DNA from: Octopus bimaculoides
Taxonomy: Eukaryota
DNA length: 37,895 nt
NCBI RefSeq assembly: GCF_001194135.2
Contig: NC_069003.1
Span: 3,159,278-3,197,172, forward strand
Direction of reading: 5' to 3'
In this document: in pieces, positions 1-9,691 of the stretch
Numbering within the stretch: the first letter of the stretch is position 1
How the letters are laid out: each line of letters starts with the position of its first letter
The notes under the pieces: generated by a model
Databases searched by the model: none
Told to the model about the DNA's origin: nothing
Seen by the model: only the letters and a program-made list of their open reading frames with translations
Program-made: the position numbers and the translations under genes

Positions 1-36
<36 letters not shown>

Positions 37-627
37 GTTAACAGAAACTTTCCGTCGTCCCAAGTAACCAATAAATATTTATTTCGATGTGATCGTCCGG
101 TATTGCCTTTAATTATGTGAGACTTATTAAGATTATGTTAACGTGTATTATGAAAGTAATACTTGTTTAAACAAACACTTTGGTAGAAATAAGCAAAAAT
201 GAATAGAAGTTTCGGATAGATTTAGAATTCTATGCAACTGAAAGTTTCGAGTAAATGCCATCCATAATATAATTTTGTACAATCTGCCAATGGAGATTGT
301 TATCCCGAGGATACACGTCGCCAGACTTGTAATAGGGTATCATACGATACTGCACAATGGAGTAGACCAACTGTCTGCACTTGATGTATTCCCAAATATT
401 CTGTCAACATCTGTAAACAATCCGAAACAACTGTCAACAAATTATAACAACTGAATAATTCCCTGCAACTCCAAGAACTAACGAACGACAACTTTCGACT
501 TCCTGCCATTTCTCATCTCTCGCTCAGCCAATCACGCTGCTACTTATATGAGGTCGGTTAATCCATTCTCAAAGGGGCTGTTATCATTCTCACCTTAACA
601 ACAATATATGTAATGATGTGGCTAAAA

Positions 628-1021
628 GATGTAGGGTCGGAGGTGTGTAAGAAATTTGCCCACTAAGGACGTTGTCCGGGTTTCAATACCAGCCCGCAGA
701 AACTTGGGCAAGTATCTTCTACTGTATACGTGGACCCATCAAAAGCTTGTGAGTAGATTTGTTGCATGGAAACTAGAGAGAAAACGCCGTGTATATGCAT
801 AAGTTGGTGTGTATGTGTTCATATTTGAGCATGTCCCGCAAGGACGCTGGACAACCTTGGCTGATTTGGTTACGTTTTTGTAATTTAGTGGTTCGGCAAA
901 AAGGGCATGCTACAATAAGCTCCAAACTCAAGGAAAGCACCAGAAAACTACAAGAACCCCTAAACCCTTTAAAGTAGTGCCCCAATATGGCTGCAGTCTA
1001 ATTAATGAAACAAGTAAAAGA
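628..1021 (+). mobile_element. Degenerate tRNA-derived SINE, octopod family C (same family as 37555-37895)
   Basis: Collinear with the 37555-37895 copy: cttgggcaagtatcttctact, cttgtgagtagatttg..ggaaact, central GT-rich tract, gtggttcggcaaaa. Ends in the tail agtgccccaatatggctgcagtcta..gaaacaagtaaaaga. Confidence 0.75.
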
Positions 1022-1717
1022 CAAATGCATCTTATTTTATACATTAACATACGGCACAAATCTTTGTATGACTTTTCCCCCTTCATTAAATTCCGTGTGG
1101 AGTCGGTCTTCTAAATCAATCAAGGGATACTTCAGTTTAGATTCGAAATATAGATCAGTCATGAAACCAGGTCTATAGGAAGCAAAGCATGGAACACACA
1201 TTAACAAATGATTGGCTGAAATATCGCATATCCTTCTTAGATCCAAGAATTCCACCCCACTGCTGAATTCCAGTTCAGAAAATTCCAGCAAATGCAGACA
1301 TATGAAGGAAATTCTTTTGGCGAATTGGAGAACACGGCCCACTCCAGATTGAAGAGCTGTATCATTGACCTTATCCCCACTTCCGATTATTCTACACCAT
1401 CTAACCTTATGGCCTTATGTTCAAATGGGACATTACTGTCTCTGTCTGTCTGTCTGTCTGTCTGTGTCTCTTATTTGCCTTTCTCTCTGTTTTTTTTTTT
1501 CACTTTTCCACTTTCTGCATCCACTTTCCTGTCGGTTCTTTTCGTGATTTCTCTTATTTCCTGATTTGTAACTTGTATAGGCCACATTCTCAGAGCTGCT
1601 AGAAGACGACTTGGAGACACTAGGCGTGATATCAAAAGTTGCCTAGATAACATCCCCAGTGTATGAAACTATGAGCAACTCATAACTATATGTTTTGTAC
1701 ATTAAACTATATATGTG

Positions 1718-2261
1718 TATATATATATACTCACACACATATATATAAATACACAGAGAAAGAGATGTTTAGCTACTTAGATAAGTAGAAAATAATTTAA
1801 CTAAATATTCAGATGCATTGAAAAGTAAAAGATCTACTTATGCGTGTGCGACAAATAGCTATTAACTCTACCTCACGTACAACGGATGAATCAAAGACTG
1901 TTTTTGTTCTAATNNNNNNNNNNNNNNNNNNNNNNNNNNNNNNNNNNNNNNNNNNNNNNNNNNNNNNNNNNNNNNNNNNNNNNNNNNNNNNNNNNNNNNN
2001 NNNNNNNNNNNNNNNNNNNNNNNNNNNNNNNNNNNNNNNNNTATATATATGAGTATATATATGAGTATATATATATACTCACACACATATATATAAATAC
2101 ACAGAGAAAGAGATGTTTAGCTACTTAGATAAGTAGAAAATAATTTAACTAAATATTCAGATGCATTGAAAAGTAAAAGATCTACTTATGCGTGTGCGAC
2201 AAATAGCTATTAACTCTACCTCACGTACAACGGATGAATCAAAGACTGTTTTTGTTCTAAT
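1718..2261 (+). repeat. Identical ~196-bp direct duplication across an N-gap (1718-1913 = 2066-2261); probable assembly artefact
   Basis: Base-for-base identity at offset 348. The first copy stops exactly at the gap 1914-2041. Confidence 0.9.
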
Positions 2262-2327
2262 GTTGAGTTACATTTCACCATCTTTATCCCTGCGTATATA
2301 GTATACTGACATACATCTATACGTACA

Positions 2328-2386
2328 GACACACACACCCATACACACACAGACACACACACACACACACACACACNNNNNNNNNN

Positions 2387-2416
<30 letters not shown>
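2328..2416. repeat. (CA)n - 10 N - (TG)n microsatellite
   Basis: Directly visible on both sides of the gap 2377-2386. Confidence 0.9.
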
Positions 2417-2418
<2 letters not shown>

Positions 2419-3172
2419 ATGTATGCATTTGTATACATATGTATGCATGTATATATTGTACATTATTTACGTAACTTTTAAACCTTTCTCACAATATTGG
2501 TATTAAGCGTTCACAATCTCTTGCGTGTTTCTTAATGTGATTCGACAGTAATTGTAATCCTAATATTATTTAACTGAATACGTTAATGAATATTAATGAT
2601 AACTATTAACCATTTACACTCCAGTTATCTCGGTGGAGCATCAACGTGATAATTCTTGTCGAAGATAAAATCGATTCTTAACTACCAGCTACCACTTAAT
2701 AAACTAACTACCCGGCTATATGATATGTCAATTTTCTCATTTTCTTCGTGCATTCTCGTTTTCTTGTCTTCCTATTGCAATATAATTCCTTATCACACAT
2801 GAACACAAGTTGTTAATGTGTGTTCCATGCCTTGCTTCCTATAAAACTGGTTTCATAAACGATCAATATTTCAAATCTAAACCTGAAGAATCCTTTCAAA
2901 GTATCTTTGAATAAATGGTGGAATAAATGTCAACTGCCAACTATTATTAAATTTCTATAAAATCAACCTTTTAAATGTTAACCTATCGTGGCGTCACAAT
3001 GCATATCACACAAGGATATCATCGGGGCAAGCAGTAATTATTCAGGTATTAAGCCAATCACGAGCATATCCTTTTCCCATAAACCATGTCGGTTTAGCAC
3101 GCATACATACATACTTAAACACAACTCTCTCTCCCTTCTTATATCTCTCCCTTCTTATATCTCTCCATTTCT

Positions 3173-3216
<44 letters not shown>

Positions 3217-3347
3217 CATACACACACTCAAATATGTAAAATGAATTAGGATTCAATACCCAGTGAATGGTGCAATGACATTGATAATCCTTTATTAAAC
3301 TGAAGAATTGTTTTCTCGTGCTGATGTAATAACGGTAGTTATTGTAT

Positions 3348-3375
3348 TCTATCTGTCTATCTATTTATCTATCTA

Positions 3376-3425
<50 letters not shown>

Positions 3426-3463
3426 TCTCTCTCTCACTCCCTCTCTCTCTCCGNNNNNNNNNN

Positions 3464-3520
<57 letters not shown>

Positions 3521-3530
3521 GTATGTGTGT
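3348..3530. repeat. Compound microsatellite (TCTA)n(TC)n / gap / (TA)n(TATG)n
   Basis: Directly visible. Confidence 0.95.
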
Positions 3531-4319
3531 GTATAGCTGAGATAACAATAATAACAAGCTGAAGCAACAACAAACACCATACACCTTGCTTGGTATTTAC
3601 CTTCGATTGATTAAGGAGAGGAGGTTATCATCAATTCCTCAATTCCATCCATTATTACTTTGAAATGTCAATTGTAATTTATCATGCATTGACGCCAAGA
3701 AGTACGGCATTAAATGACTTCATAAACATATCAAATGAGATCGCTGGTGTCAATGAATAGCTCAAGGCTGACTTTAAGTTGTTCACGTGATATAGAATTC
3801 TACACCGTTTGCACAAGATTTATACAAATACCTTCAGGTAGTTTTACCTCATTTGGTAATGCGTGCGGATGAGAGTTTTACACCAAAAGATACACCCTAC
3901 GTTGAATAACTTTGCACTCCGATTGTTTGGGGGACATGTTATAAAGGAACCGTTCATTAACATGCTTGTAATTTCACACGAATATTTCCACGTTGAAGTG
4001 GTATACAGATATTATAGAATTGAGAATGTATCACTGGAAAAAGATGTATCTACAAATTCTTGTGATAGTTATGGATGTTGTATAGATGGGAGTAAGAAAG
4101 CAACTGAATGGAAAGGAATTTTGGAGACCAGCTGGTATCACCATCGCAAAATGTATTCTTATTACACCTGCCCTGCTTTTTTTTCAAAGCAACTGGCGAA
4201 GTATGTGCTGGGAAGCAGAATAAAGATCATTAAAATATTTTGATAATAATAACCATTATTTTAAGACCAGTTCAGAGATGTTCCGAAAATATAAACATTA
4301 GCAGTATGAAAGGCGACTC

Positions 4320-5075
4320 GCTATCAACAGGCATAACTTCGTTGAGCACCCGATCAGAGGGAATGCAGTGGGTGTAGATTATACCATAGTTGTCGAAAAA
4401 GTGACTTTGCTTTGACTTCTTGGATCTAGCCGAGTCAGTATATTTCCGTTGGGCACTTTGTCACTTGGTCTCAGGATCATAAGAGTAAATTTAGCTTTCG
4501 TCACAGGTCAGCAGAAATTCAGACACACTTGGATTGGAGATAATGAGCTAAACCATTTCTCGTTCCATGGATCATAACAATATATCCAACATTCACCACG
4601 GGTCACTGGAGGCTGAAACACTATTGGACCAAAAGTAATGAGCTCAACTATCACTATTCTATCACCAAAGCATCATTCATTTTGCTCATCAGGGAAAACA
4701 AAGAACAAAAGCAGGATTTAAAAAAGCTTTGTGAATGTTTAGATCTTCATGAGTAATCCTGCCTACGGTTCACATACCAACTCCAAACGGTGCCGTCGTC
4801 GTTACAGACACATAGTGTCCTTCATCCATTAATTTGCAATTTTTCTAAACCGGTTATATTCCAGCCTGCCTCTTTCCACACATATATCTCATTTCCTCTC
4901 GTCTTCTCTCTACTGTCCTTCAACCTCTTGTGCCACTATAAAACAGATGCTAATCTCATACAAGTTAATCCAGAAGCAGTCTGGTGCATTCCATAAATTC
5001 ATGAAACCTGTTCGACCAGCTCAACACCAAACTTCATTAGCTAGAGAGCTTCAAAATGCCCCCAACTGCATTCTA
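4320..5075 (-). mobile_element. Decayed mariner (Tc1/mariner) transposase remnant
   Basis: Hand translation of the minus strand gives mariner motifs in the expected order, with stops and frameshifts: WHKRLKDSRE (cf. WHKRFKEGRE); LMDEGHYVSV..TVGRITHEDL; DEQ..VELIT..VTRGECWIYCYDP; LTCDES*IYSYDPETK*QSAQRK (first catalytic Asp motif, cf. TGDETW..YDPETKxQS); FFDNYGIIYTH. The later catalytic motifs are not found. Confidence 0.85.
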
Positions 5076-5191
5076 TAAATTAGTTACCTGTGACAAACAA
5101 TATTCAGTAGGTTGTGTTCAAAGTGCTGTTACTATAATCTGGAATAACAAAAGTTGGCAGGTGACACACAGATTCTGCTGCTAGTGAATTA

Positions 5192-6121
5192 CACTAAATC
5201 GAGGATGCTGATTCCGAATCTGCATTCAGAATTGTTCTAGCACGTCAGGATTCTGAGTTATGCGCATGCGCAAAATTATTAATATACTTTCGGCTAGATA
5301 GAGGCCGTATTATAAAATTTGCTAAAATGAAAGCGGTCTTAATTAAAAATTAAAGAAATAACAGCAATAAAACAAACCACGAGTATTTCATCATTTAGTT
5401 TAGTAACAGATGGCGCTGACGTATTTTGTGCATGCGCGAAATACGTCAATTTGCTCTTGGTAACTCTCAGTGTCATTTTCGCTGCCGCCACATGTGGTGT
5501 ACGTATCTCTCGCTCTGCGAGATGTCTGATTTAACTGTGTTCACTGTGTTAGATCATGAATAGGAGAGGCTGTGTGAATCACGCAGACAACTTTTGTTAT
5601 GTCTGTGGAAAATTGGCTCCGCGTGACCAGCAGAAAAAACATTACCACCAAATTAAAAACTACCTATAAATATCAATTCAGGTGCTAAGTTGGGGTCCAA
5701 GACAAGAGGTGGGCACCTCATATATGCTGCCCCATGTGTTACTTAGAGCTTACACAGGGGCTGAATGGAAAACGGAAGGGAATGCCTTTTACTGTACCAA
5801 TGGTATGGCGTGAACCAAGCAAGCATGTGTCTGATTGTTACTTTTGTCAATGAAAACCAAGCGAAAATCCTGTACGCAGATTGTAGCTCGGCTCTATAGC
5901 CAGTCCCACATAACTTCGAGGACCCTGTCCCAATTCTCCTCTTACCTGAAGACCTTTATACGTCATATGATGAACCTCCTCATTCTTCTATCGACAGGTA
6001 CGTAGTTCAATCTAAGAAAAATGAACCACGCTTGTTTAATCAAGAAAAATTGAACAATTTAATTAGAAACCTTGCATTGTCAAAAGAGAAGGCAGAAGAT
6101 TTGGGATCCAGACTACAGTAA
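5192..6121 (+). mobile_element. 3'-truncated Chapaev3-like (CMC superfamily) DNA transposon remnant
   Basis: Begins CACTAAATCG (CAC terminus). Disrupted ORF from ATG 5556 to TAA 6119-6121 reads MNRRGCVNHADNFCYVCG..QDKRWAPHICC..MPFTVPMVWREPSKHVSDCYFC..RLFNQEKLNNLIRNLALSKEKAEDLGSRLQ. These are the N-terminal Cys motifs I recall for Chapaev3 transposases. No catalytic core or right terminus is visible. Confidence 0.8.
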
Positions 6122-6581
6122 AGTATGAAAATTCCTATTGTCCGCTCTCGCCATAAAGGTTTTTCTGGGACAAAACCATGACGTCGCGATTGAATATATA
6201 TTTAGAAATGGAAGAGTGAGACAAGTCCATCAAAAAAGTGAGTAAATGAGCGGACGACAGAAGAGGTGTCGAAACCCCTTGGTCGCACAACGAATTGATA
6301 CAACACACAGCCATGCCTCCATATACGCTTTATACCATCCTATCCATTCATTGGCTTCATAAAGCTCGCCCTCTAAATCAGATGCAAACATTATCTTTGT
6401 TGTTCCTACCAATTTCGGGACATAACCTGATCATATTTTTCAGGAGACTAATTACAATTTCGATGGGGATTTGTCTCAATTCTTTTGTAACTATTTCTAA
6501 CGTATATTTGTAGAGAACAGGAGAACATGTGATCTCAAATATATTTCTGTTTTGCGTAACAACGTGAAAATTTCTTTTAGA

Positions 6582-6632
6582 TATATACATACATACATAC
6601 ATACATACATACATACATGTGTGTGTGTGTTT
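6582..6632. repeat. (TACA)n(TG)n microsatellite
   Basis: Directly visible. Confidence 0.9.
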
Positions 6633-7261
6633 CAATGGTGCTGTACATGATTTTTTTTTTTTTTAAATTTCTGGCAGCACATTTGAATAAACCTGAAATC
6701 TTTCCGTTTTCATAATTTGAAACGTATGTTTCATAAAATCATTCGAAAATTTATTCCTTTGGGGACAATTTCTAATTGTAAATCCATATTTTTGGATGAC
6801 AAAACATGACAAAACATCTGCAGTGTTATTATCGAAGAAGATTTCCTGGATGTTATCTTTAATAGGCATTGTGCTTCTTCTTCTCTTCTTGTTCGTTATT
6901 CTTTTATTACCTTGTCGCTTGAGGTATGCAATTCTGAATGCAATGGAATAATGTTAATGGGAATATAGGAATAGATTCCGAAATATTCTCGATAAGAAGA
7001 TCTCTGGTTGTGAAGAGTAATCGACAATAAAGGAAAAATTACTTCTTTGTTTAAAGAAGCGGAGTAAATGCAACACGGACTAGATTACAGAAAGTACAAG
7101 AGTAGAACTATTTTTGTTTCTACGATGTGAATTTGATGTTTTGCGACGCCTCTTATAAAGAAACGCATATACTCCTCATACACACATACACATTCCGACG
7201 ACTTAAATGTATTATATGAATCTTTATGCGTGAGTATATGAATATATACAAGTATATGTGT

Positions 7262-7327
<66 letters not shown>

Positions 7328-7725
7328 NNNNNNNNNNNNNNNNNNNNNNNNNNNNNNNNNNNNNNNNNNNNNNNNNNNNNNNNNNNNNNNNNNNNNNNNN
7401 NNNNNNNNNNNNNNNNNNNNNNNNNNNNNNNNNNNNNNNNNNNNNNNNNNNNNNNNNNNNNNNNNNNNNNNNNNNNNNNNNNNNNNNNNNNNNNNNNNNN
7501 NNNNNNNNNNNNNNNNNNNNNNNNNNNNNNNNNNNNNNNNNNNNNNNNNNNNNNNNNNNNNNNNNNNNNNNNNNNNNNNNNNNNNNNNNNNNNNNNNNNN
7601 NNNNNNNNNNNNNNNNNNNNNNNNNNNNNNNNNNNNNNNNNNNNNNNNNNNNNNNNNNNNNNNNNNNNNNNNNNNNNNNNNNNNNNNNNNNNNNNNNNNN
7701 NNNNNNNNNNNNNNNNNNNNNNNNN

Positions 7726-7902
7726 CGAAATTGTTGGGGATGGTGCCAGCCGATTAGATCGACGTCAGTAAGCAACTGGTACTTAATTTATCGTCCCCGA
7801 ATCGATGAAAGGCAAAGTCGAACTCGGCGGAATTTGAACTCGGAACGCCAATACCGCTAAGCATTCCGCCCGTCGTGCTAATGTTTCTTCCAGCTCGCCG
7901 CC
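7726..7902 (-). mobile_element. tRNA-derived SINE, octopod family A
   Basis: Reverse complement reads ggcggcgagctggaagaaacattagc..gcttagcggtatt..gagttcaaattccgccgagttcgactttgcctttcatc..ggggacgataaattaagtaccagttg, with A-box- and B-box-like elements. Confidence 0.9.
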
Positions 7903-7904
7903 TT

Positions 7905-8120
7905 AAAGAATCTTTTCTACACTAGACACACGGCCCAATATTTTGGAGGGGGACCAGTCGCTTAGATCGACTCCAGTACACAATCGTGCTTAATTTATCG
8001 ACCACAAAAGGATAAAAGGCAAAGTCGACCTCGGCGGAATTTGAGCTCAGAACACAAAGACAAACAGAGTACCGCTAAGCATTTCGCCTGGGGTGCTAAC
8101 GATTCTGCCAGCTCGCTGCC
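7905..8120 (-). mobile_element. tRNA-derived SINE, octopod family A (tandem with the previous copy)
   Basis: Full-length and collinear with the adjacent copy: ggcagcgagctggcagaatcgttagc..gctcaaattccgccgaggtcgactttgcc..tail. Confidence 0.9.
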
Positions 8121-8874
8121 CTGGCTGGAAGTATCATAAAGACACTAAACTGTGATTTGAGGAGGGGAATCTTTCTGTCGTTTCTAGCTGTCCGATCGAC
8201 CGCTCCTAGGCAGAAGCTACTTAGTTGAATCTCAGGTATATTGTTGTGAAGCCTGTTATTAAAGTACCCTATGTCATTATCCGTTGTTTTCTTTTACGTC
8301 ATAAAAGATGAATTGTTGTTTACGAATTACACAAACGCTTCCTCCTAGTAATTTTCCCAGAAATTATGGCTGAATTATTAAACTATGCATCGCTATAAAC
8401 GTTAATTTACTTTGTAATTTAACTTTAATTTTTGTGTGATTTAATTATCATAAAAATTATACGACTTAAATCTATAAAGTCTTGATCAAAGTTCTTGATT
8501 CTCCAACATTAAAAATTAAAATAAATAAAATATCCAAAACACTATTAGCTCAGGTGTATCGATAAATTTATAAAATTAAAAATCAAGCATGTACCTTTAC
8601 CATTAATTTACATTTTTTCCATAATTTTTTGTTTGTTTTCACTCTGAGTAATAAAATTTTTAAAATCAGATATGTTTGAAAACTGATAGTCAATATAGTG
8701 ATAACGACACAGATTTGCGTGCGTGCATAGATTCTAACTAGATTTACAGTTATACATGGATTATTATAATTGTTTTTTTTTTTTGTATCCTTGTTAGGGA
8801 CATGTAATGCAAAATTAACGGTGGATTTGCTTTGAACGTCGGAAATAGCAAGAATGTGCATGAATGATGGTGAT

Positions 8875-9050
8875 TGTGCTTGCGTGTGGACAGTGGTGTT
8901 AGTTATGTGATATAGACTCGTGGCTTTCTAGGTTTCGATCTCAGTATTACACTATTGAAAGACACTTAAGATATATATCTGTAACTGGTAGTATATCGTC
9001 TGGTTCGTCAACAGAGTTAGGGGCGAAATATCATTTAAGGCATCTTTAGC
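8875..9050 (+). mobile_element. Possible highly degenerate SINE head/body
   Basis: gcgtgtggacagtggtgttag..ggtttcgatc..gaaagacactt loosely resembles the family B head. Heavily decayed. Confidence 0.3.
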
Positions 9051-9138
9051 AAATGCATTCCTAAACTAATACTCACAAGTATCCATCCATCCACCCGTCT
9101 ATGTATTTATGTCTCTCTTCCTCCCCATCCTCCTCTGT

Positions 9139-9140
9139 CC

Positions 9141-9232
<92 letters not shown>
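9139..9232. repeat. Compound microsatellite (TCTG)n(TC)n(TA)n
   Basis: Directly visible. Confidence 0.95.
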
Positions 9233-9237
<5 letters not shown>

Positions 9238-9249
9238 GAATTTACAAAG

Positions 9250-9420
9250 CAACAAATGACGAAGAGGTGTGTGTAAGCAACAAACAGATGTGGTAGTGTA
9301 ACGCTCGGGAAGTGAGAAAGTATTTTACATTTCGAGCCTACGCTCTTCAACAGGAAGGAACACGAAGAAATATACAGGGAGAGAAAATAGAAATGGTTTA
9401 GTGGCTGGCGATCTATCATG
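9250..9420 (-). mobile_element. Probable Penelope-like retroelement LTR-like fragment with a decayed hammerhead-type motif
   Basis: Minus strand CTGTTGA-A-GAGC-GTAG-GCTC-GAAA-TGTA (9326-9353) has the layout of the minimal hammerheads carried by Penelope-like elements. The assignment is from recall. Confidence 0.45.
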
Positions 9421-9574
9421 TATGTATTTATGTATGTATGAAGATACGTATGTAACGATGCTTGTGTTTGTATGTCTAGGCGTGTTTGTGTATCCTACAC
9501 AGTTGCAAACGAGAACTTGTCTATTACTGAGAAATTAAATTATTTTAAGAAACACACTCGTGAATATATGTGTA

Positions 9575-9691
<117 letters not shown>

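Larger units (their letters stand above)
1124..2894. mobile_element. Candidate non-autonomous DNA transposon with ~86-bp terminal inverted repeats (Kolobok-like termini)
   Basis: 1122-1207 is the reverse complement of 2810-2896 (10 mismatches, 1 indel). Similarity stops abruptly at the outer ends GGGATACTTCAG / CTGAAGAATCCT, which are flanked by TCAA and TTCA, each one change from TTAA. Confidence 0.45.

Noticed and set aside
1037-1342. 101-aa minus-strand ORF that looks protein-like
   Set aside because: It runs through one arm of the inverted repeat, whose partner copy is frameshifted and stopped. No recognisable motif or splice support.
2328-2416. (CA)n/(TG)n inverted arrangement as a real cruciform
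   Set aside because: The centre is a 10-N gap, so the join may be a scaffolding artefact.
3863-4243. 126-aa plus-strand ORF
   Set aside because: No ATG start, no recognisable domain and no convincing splice sites; could be chance or an unidentified transposon relic.
6663-6869. 68-aa ATG-initiated minus-strand ORF followed by an A-run
   Set aside because: Considered as a processed pseudogene, but I found no target duplication and no recognisable product.
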